Source: Piedraia hortae CBS 480.64
Lineage: Eukaryota
Reading direction: 5' to 3'
DNA: 64,000 nt
Assembly: GCA_010093745.1 (NCBI GenBank)
Contig: MU005998.1
Location: forward strand, 62,001 to 126,000
Below, piece after piece: positions 37,164 through 48,683 of this stretch. Every line of letters begins with the position of its first letter. Within the stretch, counting starts at the first letter, position 1. The notes under the pieces are model-generated. The model made no database searches and was not told the origin of the DNA. It worked only from the letters and a program-made list of their open reading frames with translations. The position numbers and the translations under genes are program-made.

Positions 37164-38306
37164 TCACTTTCCGCCCTTTGGGCTTTGCTTCCACAGCTTG
37201 GCCGCCCGTGCTTGGGCCCTGACGGCCAGGTATTTGGATACTTTGGGGTCGTAGAAGCCGCGCACGTCGATGAGGACGTGTCCTCTCTTTCCACGTAGTT
37301 CAACAAGTCCCTGCACAACTACGGTGCCGCGCGGAGGCTCCATCCGGGGCATCTGCCGTGACTTTGCCATGGAATGGTTCAACACATGCCACGCTATGGG
37401 CAGATCCGACGCTGTTGTGGGCGGCAGAGACGGCAGCCACGGCAGTTTCTTGCTCGTTTCAGCAGGACTCTGTACCGGCACGGCCGACGACTTCTTGGCC
37501 AGAGCCGTTGCCAAACGAAACTGTTCTTCGGGGGCGGAAGGGTCAGGTGGCGAATTCAGGCCCAAAGCAGCCAAAGCTCGGCGGTACTGAATGCCAGCAA
37601 CGACGCTGGTGGTGGCCCAGATACCTTTGAGGGTCGCCATCGGCCACAGTGTCCTTTGCGTGCGCCAGAGCTGCTCGGGAGAGATGCGCTGCTGGCTCCA
37701 GGCTACGTAACCGTCGCCAAACTCGAGACCGGAGCGGACGTATTCCTGCGGCGGACCGTCTGGGAACGAAATGTCTAGCCAATACTTTCCAACCTGTGCT
37801 GCGTCGCCCAAATGGCGGCGGAGGACGGGATTGTCGAGACAGCCGTTGAAAACCATATGGACAAGATCCTCCTGCATCTGCTTGTAGCGCCTGCGGTCGC
37901 GCGTCAAGGCCACAAACGCCTGCCACTCTGGATCAGAACCCTTGTAAAACACTCTGTCCAGCTTCCGCGGGAAGGTGAGAGGGACAAAAAACGACTCCTC
38001 GTCAGCGAATTCATCGCCCTCCTCCTCGTACTCCTCCTTCTCCTCGCCCTCCTCTCCTTCCCCCTCTTCATCATCGGCGAATTCAATCTCTACCGATATC
38101 GTAAAGTACCGCTGCAGGACGCGCGCATAGGCGTAAACAGCCAGACCCGAAATCGCCAGCGCCACGATGCGGCGGCGCGTGAAGAACGGTGGCCGCACGA
38201 ATCGCACCGACCGGTATCGGAATTCCGCATCGCTTTTGGGAATCTGATTTCGCCTAGGTAATGTGCCGAACCGCTGCTGGCGTATTAATGGCTTCAGACG
38301 ATTCAT
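37164..38306 (-). CDS. Conserved fungal hypothetical protein, probably mitochondrial membrane
   Basis: Arg-rich presequence-like N-terminus, one TM, an acidic stretch, then FYKGSDPEWQ.F, YWLDI.FP..PP.EY and PPRG.VVVQGLVE. Confidence 0.85.
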   Translation of the reverse strand: MNRLKPLIRQQRFGTLPRRNQIPKSDAEFRYRSVRFVRPPFFTRRRIVALAISGLAVYAYARVLQRYFTISVEIEFADDEEGEGEEGEEKEEYEEEGDEFADEESFFVPLTFPRKLDRVFYKGSDPEWQAFVALTRDRRRYKQMQEDLVHMVFNGCLDNPVLRRHLGDAAQVGKYWLDISFPDGPPQEYVRSGLEFGDGYVAWSQQRISPEQLWRTQRTLWPMATLKGIWATTSVVAGIQYRRALAALGLNSPPDPSAPEEQFRLATALAKKSSAVPVQSPAETSKKLPWLPSLPPTTASDLPIAWHVLNHSMAKSRQMPRMEPPRGTVVVQGLVELRGKRGHVLIDVRGFYDPKVSKYLAVRAQARAAKLWKQSPKGGK

Positions 38307-39199
38307 TGTCCCTGGGCCGATGGCTGCCGGCCGGGTAACCCTAAGGCACCGCTGAATCCTAAACCGGGCTTGTCCCGATTTGTCTTGGCGCACTCAGCGG
38401 GTTTAGCCTTTTTGACGCTTATTCCTCAAGGTGCGTGGGAATGCTTCAAGGGGCCATGTGTGCAAACTGGCATGATTGCCACAAGTATTGGTCAAAATAT
38501 AAACCTATGCATCGATTATCACGCTATCTACTTTATCATTCTAACCTAGCTCCTCCTAGGGGACGGAGGGGGCGTTGGTGGTGGCTGAGGCGTATGGGGT
38601 GGTGTGGAATAGGGATGCCAGGGGTACCCCATCGTACACCGGGAACACGGCGACTTAGGAGGTGGGTTATGACGGTCCCCACTGGAATTGTTGGGAGAAT
38701 CTGTCACGGGTGCCATGCTCGTGTTACTTGTGAGATTCAAGTAAAAGCTGTTATTCGAAAAGTTTGGGGGTACAAGGGGCTTTTATACGCAAACTCGAAT
38801 GGTTCTTCACTGATTGAACATTGGAACTTATTCAAAGTGTCGAAGTGCATAAACCTACATAAATTTTGAATAATGAAACGTTTAACTCAATACCGGCAAG
38901 ATCGAGACCTTCATGCAGGTTGTACTACTGCTAGTCACCCACGTTGTAGCCCAGCTTCGGTATAATGAGTTGAACACATTTCTGTGCGCAAATGCGTCCC
39001 CTTTTCCATATATGCCCGAGACCACATCATCTAGTTCTTCCAAATAGAGGACGCTGGTCAGCTTCGTATCAAAAATCTCAAACTGACGATTCTACGGTAA
39101 AATTTACATATGTTCATGACAGCCTTTTAGGCAAAGAACACGTCTACCTGACTCATTCAACCTCCCCTAAGGAGCGGGAGCACATAATAAGCCTGGAGC

Positions 39200-39290
39200 G
39201 ACTCAAGTCAAAATCAGCTCGTCGACCGAGAATTCTCAAAATGGCTCCCATGCGCCGAGCTGGCCTATAGAACTTCCATAGGCAATGATA
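39200..39290 (+). mobile_element. Gypsy-type integrase fragment
   Basis: One frame reads EFSKWLPCAELAYRTS, matching the W..LP.AEFAYN.S integrase motif. Short and isolated. Confidence 0.4.
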
Positions 39291-39569
39291 CAACTGGAGA
39301 CGTTCATCCAGATCCCTCGAAAGGATTCATTTTAAAGATGGGAGTTAGGGGTGCACGTGTTTAGCAATCTTGTCCAGAAGTGTTTGTAGCCTTTTGTCCA
39401 AAGTTTGCCGCAAATCTTGCGGCAAACATTTCTTCAACCTTCAAAGGTGGGAACCCGGCTAACCCCCAGCTTTTCTTCCTGACCGCCTGCTCCCTTGGAG
39501 TATATACATGTTATTCATTCCACGTGTCATGTACACGGATCAAAACAGAGACTGGAGCAAGATCAGTGA

Positions 39570-40377
39570 CTATGTCAGCACTCTCGCCATGTAAGACCTG
39601 CAGCTCGGCTTGGCTAGGCTATTCAGCTTGGCGAAAAAATGCGACCGTAGGCTTGCAATGTCCTCTCTTCCCTGTTTCAGCAGCACGGCGTGGGTGACCG
39701 GACCAAACGACAGTAGCCCTGGGCGGGAAGACAGCTCTGCATGAAAATTTGCGTTGGCCTGCTGGTCGGAGCGCGCTCTCTCAGTGGCAGTCTTAGCTCG
39801 CTCCTGGACGCAAGGCGATGCTCCAGGGTCTCAGCCTGTACTGCTTGCAGCTCGGAGATAAGCTCCGCTGGGCGCTTTGCTTTGGCTTGGTGCGCAGTCG
39901 CTTGGGTCTGTTGCGTGGCCTGCTGGAGATTCTCGACTTCGTCAGAGACGAGGGAAATGTCTTCTCCCTGGTCTTCCAAAGTCTCGAGCACGGGCTGGAA
40001 TCGGTTGCCATGTTCGCGCACCATGGCAGTCAGCCAGGATGCCTCTTGAAGAAGATCATCACGGCATGAAGGGAAGTGCAAACAAGAAACGCATTAAATA
40101 TGGCCCAGATATCTATATCAGAGACGGGCCCTGCTGATCCCATGTCATTATCCGGCCACTGGCCCATTGATGAAGCATAAGAAGTTTCTTGGTACTGGCG
40201 ATTGGGTGCTGTAATTGGCCCTGTGCTGTGCATGGAAATGGCAGTCCAGTGGATTACGGGCGCCTTGAGACCGCGGGAAGAACACTTCAGGGAATGCAAC
40301 GCGTACTTGTCGACGAGGTAACCGGAAAGGGCCGTGAAGATCTGCTTGAGAGTGGCGAGACAGCGAAAAAATGCCAT
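39570..40377 (-). pseudogene. Disrupted coiled-coil protein gene, left arm of inverted duplication
   Basis: ATG at 40377 (MAFFRC..), a frameshift, then MVREHGNRFQPVLETLEDQGEDI..VENLQQA and FAKLNSLA..HGES, homologous to the + strand copy. Confidence 0.65.
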
Positions 40378-41159
40378 TGTAGGATAGTTGCTGAGGATTC
40401 AGGTAGGTAAGGAGAGCGAGAGAGAATGAGAATGTTGCAGTATGGTGGATGACTGCAGGAGTGAGGTGTGTGAGCAAGAAAGACGAAGGAAGCAAGCAAT
40501 CCGTATAAGTCCCGGCAGGGAGCTTGACTTTTGATTATGAAGAAAGGATACTCGTCCAAATATATGACTTGTGAAGTTCGATGTCAACCTCATGGTTTGT
40601 CAGTCAGGCTGATAACGAGAGAAATTTTCGACGTCGGAGGTTAAGTTGACTACTAACATGTCCGTTAGGTGGCCAATATTCTTGTCTATTGTGGATTGTG
40701 ACAGCCAAGCTCCTGATATGAACACAGATTAAAATTTGCACGAAGGCCTGCTCACCATTTCTATAACTTTGAATATATGATCGAGCCAACAGGCTTTCGA
40801 ACACCGATTACGAGAGAACAACGGAGAAATTCGGCTTTCAGGTGCCATATCTTCGATGTTGCAGATCCATGTGGTACAGGTGGACTTATTATACTTGACT
40901 TGACCCTGATGAAACCCTGCAATTACATTCTCTAGGTCTTGGCGCTGGGAAGATATTGACCTCTTTGCGTCATTCGGGACAAGTATATCTTCCTCACACT
41001 TCTCGTGAGTAAAACTTCACGCCTGGCCAAATTTATAATTCTTTACCCCTTCTTCTTTCTTTCTAATACACCTCACTCCTGCTCTCAACCACCATATTGC
41101 AACGCTCACATTCTCTCGCTGTCTCAGTACATTTCAATAACCTCTACCATCGCCCTACC

Positions 41160-42565
41160 ATGTACTTTCTCCATTATCCCGCCATGTTCAAGGACATCCG
41201 CACAGCATGAACGAGATAATTTGTGCATGAGCACGTCTGGCGTGTTGTGGGATGCTCCCCATGAAATTTGAAGGGTGCTGGGACCTCTAGGGTGGCATTC
41301 CAGAGATCGGCATGGGGCCTGTCGCCGTGTCGAACCCCTCGGCCGATAGTGCTGTCTCATCGTTGCCCACAGGGCAGCTATTGAACATCGCACCGGGACA
41401 AGCCTTTTTTGCCCCCAAGAGAAACGGCTGGGCTATATCAATAGCCACGGCCCTCGTTGGTATTGCTTTCGGTATATTGGCAAATCGGCTACAGGATTCA
41501 CCTCGAATGCCAAGTTAAAAAAGAAGCAGGCCGGAGGTGGAGAACTGGTGGAGGAAACGGTCATCGAAGCCGTAGAGACAGTCAGCCAGCAAATCACACG
41601 CAAATTAGAGGAACAAGCAGCCTTGAACAGCCGTCTCCTGGACATGGTCGAGTGGGACCGCCAGAACATGAAACCACCCCAAGACGATCTGGCAGCCACG
41701 CTGCGAATTAATGGCAATCGGTTCGAGCAGGTACTCAACACCCTCGATGGTTAAGGCGAAAATATTCGCCGCATCTCTCAGAACGTCGAAAATGCCCAGC
41801 AGGCCTGGGACAAGGCCAACGAGATAGCTCATGAAGCAAATAAGAAGCACCACAATGAGCTTCTTAAGAAAGTGCAAACTGTCCAAACTGAGACGATGCA
41901 GCACCGCCAGGACTCTGCCAAGCAAGTCCAGGGCACCGCTGGGTGGGCCCTGTATGACCGGCAGACAGCGGACAACCGCGACGCAGAGCTGTCTTTCCAT
42001 CTTTGGATGTTGGCGTTCACCTCTGCCACCCAGGCCAGGCTGCTGAGGCAGGGATGAGAGAACGTCCTCACCCTGGCATTCTCGCTTCGCCAAGCTCAAT
42101 AGTCTAGCCGACATGATCGACGAGCGACAGGCCTCCCACGGCGAGAGTGTTAACGCCGTTTCGAAAGGGTTTGCGCACTTCCCTGCCGTGCCCAATCTCG
42201 CTGCAAATTCACACGCCGACACTGCGGCCATGACGCTCACCGGCACAGATGCAGCAACTTTCTCGGCGAATTCGTCTGCCCCTCCGCCTGCTGGCCATCC
42301 CACGCCCATATTCTCCTTCTCTGCCAATGCCAGCGGCGAAGACGTTGCGCTAGAGCGTACCTTCACGACATATGCCGCACCAATTTTCTCCTTTACCAGC
42401 AGCCCCGCAGGCGTAGAGCCCTCTATCCGAGTGTCTGGCACCACACCCGCTGCATCATTCGCCTTATCCCAAGCGCTGTCGACCACGCCAGCGTTTCAGT
42501 TCAAAGGAGGGGCCTGTGAGTATGATGTGACAAGGGATCCGCGGAAAAAGAGGACTTGCAGGTAA
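41160..42565 (+). pseudogene. Disrupted coiled-coil protein gene, right arm of inverted duplication
   Basis: ATG at 41160 (MYFLHY..), multiple stops, LRINGNRFEQVLNTLDG*GENI..VENAQQA, FAKLNSLA..HGES, and an F/S/T/A-rich tail ending YDVTRDPRKKR. Confidence 0.65.
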
Positions 42566-42667
42566 ATATACGAAGAGTGCGGATTTGGAGTTATGTAGTA
42601 GCAGAGTTAAAACAAAGTGCCAATATTCAAGTTCACAATGTCATTATTGGGGAAAAAACTTGGGCAA

Positions 42668-42810
42668 TGTTCTAGTAAGCAGCGGCACCTCACTGGTGTG
42701 TCAGTATACACGCGTATCTAGAGCTACACAAGAAAATTTCTGAGTACTCAAACCCTGGTCAGGGATGCGGGTCATCACCTGCGGATCGCTCCGTGGCGAC
42801 CTGCACAACA
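42668..42810. mobile_element. Solo LTR, family C copy 2 (143 bp)
   Basis: TGTT...AACA ends with a perfect 5-bp TSD GGCAA. Confidence 0.9.
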
Positions 42811-43472
42811 GGCAACGTAGTTTATCAGTAAGCTGTTCGGGAATCCGCGAACCATCACCCACAGTCCGCGCAACAATACTTATGACCATAAAACTTGGTT
42901 AATATTGTAAATAAGGACTTTGCGCATCTCCTCCACTAAATTCTGAAATGTTTGGATGCCGATATAAATAAATGGCTGTGGTGTTTGGCTCATTTGCGGT
43001 GGCCTGCTGTGCCCCCTCTGACGATTGTGCACCAAACCGGCTAGATTGCCACATCAGGTTCCGAGATTCAAACTCATCACTACGGTGAAACAACATAAAG
43101 TAGGGCGAAAGCTTGGTGAAAGATTAGTCGGTCTAAAGAATGATATACCAGCTGCACAAAAGCTCGCATGGAAAAATTTCCTTGGCGACAAGTACATGCT
43201 ACGATATACTCAAATATCAGCCTACTGGACATGCACCTAGTGCTAGTTCCCCGCAGGTACATATACACAGACCTCGTGACTTATCAAGTCGTCGAATGGC
43301 CTGTGGGTTCCAAGCGAAGGATCCCCAAGCAACACATACTTTTCTACAGACTCTAGTACACTATCGAAAAGATAGTCCACGCGTCACCACCATCTTGACC
43401 ATTTCGGATCTTTTCCCGGTAAGGGAGGTTGCCGGAACGACGCTCTTGTTAGGCCGGGCGATAACTCTCAGC

Positions 43473-45014
43473 TCATTGCCCGCGACGCGCCCTCAGCATG
43501 CGCCCCGCTTTTTGTTTGGCTCTAACCCTTGCCCCGAGAACTTCGCGATATAGAGAAAAACCTTTCTTGAAATGTTTGTCTTTTTTCTCCCGAACCTCTT
43601 CGGCAGTAGGTAAGGGGTGCTCTTCGGTAGATCCAAGTACCTCACCATTTCTCATCTTCGCGGATAAGTAAATGTCAAAATCGGTCCCCAACACGGGCAG
43701 GCCCTGTCCATCCTCCAGAGGATCCGAACTATCCAGGAACGTCGCAAAATTTATGATAAGGTACCGAGCCAGAGAAATCTTCGCCGCGAGGCTCCAGGTG
43801 TATTCAATTTGGGTAATAGGTTCAAGGCTCACGAGGCGCTTGAGGATTAATTCCTTGTCGAGCGATGCCTCAAACTCAGGGTCAAACATCAAGCCGTGTT
43901 CGCGTTGACTGTATAGCGTGTCAAAGAATATAATCGCGTCTATGCCGAAGAAGTTGGGGTTTGCCATAATATCTTGTTCGCTGGCATGCACTACGAGACA
44001 GTCGCCCATGCGGCGATCGATTTTGAAGATCGTGATGTGTTTCCTCAGAATTTCATCGGAACTTTGGGCATCAATCATTGCGTATTCGATCCCATGGGCG
44101 GCGAGAACATCGATGACGAACTCACAGCTCTCGCTTACGATCAGAGGGTACTTCTTTTGGCCTACTACCGCCCCGATCACTTTTATAAGAGCCACTTGCT
44201 TCGCGGCGGTGGTGACTAGCTGTCCGACCTCGGATGATGTCCCCTGGAAGTGAAAAATGCCCTCGCATCGGATCGTGCTCAGGTGTCCCAAGTCCATCAA
44301 TCCTATGTTCATGGGCTTCGAGATGGCACGCTCATGTTCGGCTCTTGTGCGCTCGAGAATATACGGGGCTAGCATCTTCCGGACTTGCTGCGGATCTGCG
44401 TCATCCGAGCCCGTACTTGTGCTGGCCAGCGGTACGATGAAATCTTTGAGCGCCACATAGTTTTCGTGGGTAAATTTATCGGGACACATTGAGGTTAAGA
44501 AGTAAAAATGGGGCTTGAGCAGCTTTAGACTTTTGTAAAGCTTTGTGGATGGAAGCAACAGATCCCGAATCTCATCAATTACTACCATCTCCCATTTGAT
44601 TCTTGAGAGAAGCGTTGCATCCTGGATTGCAATTCGGTATGGGGTAAGCAAGATATGGCAGGTCATCGACATTGGTGCACTCAACTGGACTTGCAGAATG
44701 TCATGTCGAGCTCGCTCATCTCCGACGTATTGGACGCATTCCATATCCTGTAAACGTATTGAAACAGCTGTGTACCAGTAGGCAATCAAGTCCTCTGACA
44801 CTATGAAAAGACATGGACTATTTGTAGTCATATGAATTGCTTCAAACATGTCCATTACTACGTGGACATGCTCAAAGTTGTCCACATCCGCAAGAAGTAC
44901 ATGATTGCCTCTAAGCCATTGGCCATAAACGAAGTGCAGCCCACTGGGCCTCCATCGATCTTGTCCTGCGACGGTTGTAGACGAAGATGATGCATCCAAA
45001 TCTTGTGATAACAT
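43473..45014 (-). CDS. SNF2/CHD(Mit1)-like helicase-fold protein with degenerate ATPase motifs (pseudo-ATPase)
   Basis: 513-aa open ORF aligning by eye to both RecA lobes: VLLAD, PCLFIV, V.YVG..AR, HILLTPY, WEMVVIDE, KLYKSL, LAPYILER, Y..ID and DAIIFFD. GKT, DEAH/Q, TGTP and QAxxRxxR are all replaced. The true 5' end is uncertain. Confidence 0.75.
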   Translation of the reverse strand: MLSQDLDASSSSTTVAGQDRWRPSGLHFVYGQWLRGNHVLLADVDNFEHVHVVMDMFEAIHMTTNSPCLFIVSEDLIAYWYTAVSIRLQDMECVQYVGDERARHDILQVQLSAPMSMTCHILLTPYRIAIQDATLLSRIKWEMVVIDEIRDLLLPSTKLYKSLKLLKPHFYFLTSMCPDKFTHENYVALKDFIVPLASTSTGSDDADPQQVRKMLAPYILERTRAEHERAISKPMNIGLMDLGHLSTIRCEGIFHFQGTSSEVGQLVTTAAKQVALIKVIGAVVGQKKYPLIVSESCEFVIDVLAAHGIEYAMIDAQSSDEILRKHITIFKIDRRMGDCLVVHASEQDIMANPNFFGIDAIIFFDTLYSQREHGLMFDPEFEASLDKELILKRLVSLEPITQIEYTWSLAAKISLARYLIINFATFLDSSDPLEDGQGLPVLGTDFDIYLSAKMRNGEVLGSTEEHPLPTAEEVREKKDKHFKKGFSLYREVLGARVRAKQKAGRMLRARRGQ

Positions 45015-45652
45015 ATTGCTGGTATGAATGATGGTTCAATTGCAATGCAAAGGCAAGATTGTTCTGCTCAGCCATCTCTGTATTATGGTGCTCAAACTGA
45101 CTAACTGCCAATCATCTGGGGGAAAGAGCAAGACAGCTTCGATTAAGTGATTCGTCATTCGACTCATGAGTAATCGATCTGTCATCCACGACTTGCGAAT
45201 TAGGCCGTTGCCGGTGATAACGCAGATGTTATCCATGGCAAGCCTTTCATCCGCGTTGTGGAAGTTGTACGATTAGACGTAACTTTGAGTTAGCTCATGA
45301 ATGCGGAGATACCTAACCAACTGCACGACATTTTGTGTTTTCAATATGTTTACAACTTTAGAAGACGAATTTTAGGAAGGCTTGAAGACTGATTTGGAGT
45401 TTCCACAAAGCAGTTAACCTAGGATATCGTTGATCAAGATGGGGGCTTGGGAAAAAGTGAGGAGACACCCTATAATCTCGATGTGGAAGAGGGGCCCTCC
45501 TCCTCGCAAGAAGAATACCTACTGTACTCACAGATCACCCTTCTGCATTAGACGAAGACGACCGACGTATGCGGGCGGGAAAGCCCGAAGACATAAACCG
45601 AACCCTAAAGACCCCCGTATCTGACCTCACCTCCGCCGGCTCTGGGACAAGC

Positions 45653-46675
45653 ATGCACGCTCTTCTCTGCCTCCTGGGCCTTTGCGGCCTAGCCGTGGGG
45701 CATGTACACATTCTGAATTCTCCCGAATCATCCCACGACGTAACAGCGCCATCGACTCTGTCCCCCGTCGCTGCCCGCCTTGTGCTCGCCCACCGCGCCG
45801 GCGTCGAATCCTACCACCGCTCGGAGCTGAGCAACCCTGACGTCCTCGATGCAATCAACACATTCGGCGAGCGGCGATCCGTCGTCCAGACCTCCAAACC
45901 GAAGAAAAAGAAAATGCTGGTCCTTGCCGATGGCGACAGCAACAGCGTAGCCGACAACTCCCTGCATGGCGAATCAAGTAGCTTCATGATCTCACCTGCG
46001 CCATCGATAGAGCAGGTACGAAATCTATGGGTGGATCTCGCAAAGCAGGCGCATCCGAACATATACTCTTTAGCGTCTGACGACGAGATGCTGCGCACCC
46101 TCAGCAGCACGAAAGGGGGAGAATTCCTCATAGCAAATGGCTCTGCGGCACTGGACTCTGCACTGCGCAAGTTCAAAGACAGGATAATCACCCTCTACAT
46201 GCCTGAGAAAGGAGCTACTGGTGCGGATTGGGGCACGTATGACATGCCACGCCTTCACGACGGGCTGCGCAAGAGGAAGAGGGATCAGGACCCCCTCGCC
46301 CCAGCTGCTACTGGTAGTAGCTCTGCACCGCACAAGGGTCCATCTCATGGCTCACTGTGCTTCGCTTCAATAGAGGCGTGCGAGAAGGACACGGGTAGCT
46401 GTTCAGGTCACGGCAATTGCATTCAATCTGCCCCGGGGTGTTTCGCTTGTAAATGCGCGGCCAAGAAAGACGGGAAGCGGACGACTTACTGGGCAGGTAC
46501 AAAATGTGACAAGGTCGATGTCTCGGTGCAGTTTTGGTTGATTGCGCTATTCACCGTGGGATTGATAGGCGTCATTAGCTTTGCCATTGGCGAGGTTTAT
46601 GCTCTTGGCAACGAGAAACTGCCCAGCGTGATTGGGGCTGGAGTTGCAGGCATCGGGGCTAGGGCACGATCTTGA
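45653..46675 (+). CDS. Signal-peptide membrane protein with DUF3844 (Vps3844-like) Cys-rich domain
   Basis: Signal peptide MHALLCLLGLCGLAVG, ARLVLAHR.GV..YH, C..S..AC...T..CSGHG.C..CF.C.C..W.G..C.K.D.S..FW, a TM segment, and E.LPSVIGAGV. Confidence 0.88.
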   Translation: MHALLCLLGLCGLAVGHVHILNSPESSHDVTAPSTLSPVAARLVLAHRAGVESYHRSELSNPDVLDAINTFGERRSVVQTSKPKKKKMLVLADGDSNSVADNSLHGESSSFMISPAPSIEQVRNLWVDLAKQAHPNIYSLASDDEMLRTLSSTKGGEFLIANGSAALDSALRKFKDRIITLYMPEKGATGADWGTYDMPRLHDGLRKRKRDQDPLAPAATGSSSAPHKGPSHGSLCFASIEACEKDTGSCSGHGNCIQSAPGCFACKCAAKKDGKRTTYWAGTKCDKVDVSVQFWLIALFTVGLIGVISFAIGEVYALGNEKLPSVIGAGVAGIGARARS

Positions 46676-46921
46676 TATGTGTAAGCTGTGCTAAGTTTCT
46701 GGTTTGGTGTACTCTATATCCGTATGACAAGTTCAATCACTCATGTCTACGATTCTAACACGCTTCGTTAATGCATCGACGGCTTCCGAACGTCTCTTGC
46801 CAGCCGGAGGGCGGAAATAGTCTTGAATGTATCCGAGGAAGAACGACCATCCTGCAGTTTGTAAAGATTACAAGTTAGAATTCATCGAATCATTTTAGTG
46901 TGTAGGTACAGCGAGCAGAAT

Positions 46922-48683
46922 CTACATCTGCATGATGGTCAAAAGAGATGCCCAACCTGGTGAAGATTTCAAAGCCGCGCCGGCCTGGACGTCGTGTTCA
47001 CTTGCGGCTGTGCACAACTGTTTTTCCTCGTCCTGGGAGCATGTTAGCTTTTTCAATCTCTAGATCAGGGACGCTTACCTTGCTGAGAACATCCGTCTGA
47101 CAGATGTAGCAGACCAGATGAAAGTCGGAGACTGCGATAACGCCCTCTGGGGCTGCCAAAGAGGTATTGCGAAGTCTGGTGACGAGATTCCGCCCTTCCT
47201 GAGTCTCGCCAATCACCTCGCGGTTCTCGATGGGGAATGGCTGCGGACTGACAAACATTGGGCTGCTCTGATTGGGAAAGCCGTGGGTTAGAGTCACAAA
47301 GAGGTACTCAACAGGAAACGATGGCTTCGCGTTTTCCTGCACATTTGCGCCGTGTTCGTTGATGCGGCGATAGAAGATTTCGGGGATGTAACGGACGCGA
47401 CCGAGCTTTTGGTCCTCGTCAGCATCCCGCACCAGCATCACTGACGGGTCGGCCGAGGCCTCGATAAGATCTGCCCGCACCATCTCCACCGCCGCGTTGG
47501 TGGTCTGATAGGCTGCAATGCCAATCTGACCCTCTTCGTCTCCAGACACCACGCACGTCACAAAATTGCTGCCAAATTTGCCTGTCTCGCTCCACTTGCT
47601 GGCACGCGGATACTTGGCTTGATATTGTGATGCCAATAGAACTTCAAGACCCGCAAGATAGTAAGAATCGATATGACGCTTGCAGACCGCATTCCCGTCT
47701 TCAGGATTCTCGGGCCGCGTTAGATCCGTGAAAATGACTCCGACCCGTTGCAGTCCACACATTCGCGCAGTCTCTTCAATCTTATCCTCGTTCTTCCACT
47801 CGCTCAACGTTAGCCCATCGACTTCATCAACCTGTGGCGGCTCAAAGATGGCCTCCACCACCGCCTTTGTACCTAGCGGCACAACGTCATATTCTTGATA
47901 GGTCCCATATAAGAAGCCTAGACGCTGTGCACCACCAGAACGACGCCAAAAGTTGAGAAAGCCATCGACAATCTTCGGATCTGCGAACTCGACATGGTCG
48001 ACCATTCGGAACTCCTGTGGCTGTAGAGTGATTGCAGATGGTTGGCATTTTGTGCAGATGCCCTTGGGAAACGGTGCGTGTCCTGAGGGACATTTGGGAT
48101 TAACGCGGAAATAAGGCTCCGACAGAGGCGCCATGTAGGAGCTGCCGGATTCGGCCTTGTTCTTTCCCTGATTACATTTGCGTAGGTATGAGTGGTATGA
48201 CAAATGTTTGATCTTCTTCTCTTCCAAATATCCTTTATCATAAGGCTCCAGCGGCATGCAGTAGTCGCACATTCCCTTGGGTCCGTGACGGCACATTCTG
48301 GCGTCTTTCTTGCGCTTGATTTTGCCATCTTGACGGTCTAATTTGTCATCAAGTGAGAGCTGCTTGACTCCCTCCCATGGCCTCTTAAGCGCCACCGTCT
48401 TGGACTGATGCTGGTCCTGAGCGCCGCTGCTGCCGGCCTCGGTCTTGAAATCGAGATACACCTGGGTGCCGTTTGTCATGTGCAGCTTGGCAAAAGTAAC
48501 CCCCTTCAGTGACGCGATTGTGCGGGAGTCTGCGCCATGCGGCTTGGGGCTGATGGTGATCGAAGACGCATCGACATTTGCTGGCAACTTTCCTTTGACT
48601 TGTGGCAGGATAGAAGCTACATCGCTATCGGGTTCAACCTCAAGGCGAAAACGGCCTTCGCGGCTTTCAAATCTTAGAATCAT
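46922..48683 (-). CDS. NPL4: Cdc48 cofactor Npl4, 1 intron near 3' end
   Basis: MILRF.SR.G.FR, the zinc motifs [17 protein letters not shown] and [31 protein letters not shown], and [15 protein letters not shown]. Spliced end [11 protein letters not shown]. Confidence 0.97.

Noticed and set aside
35304..42810. Two direct 143-bp LTRs as the ends of one 7.5-kb element carrying EAF6 and GCG1
   Set aside because: Each copy has its own distinct perfect TSD, so they are independent insertions.
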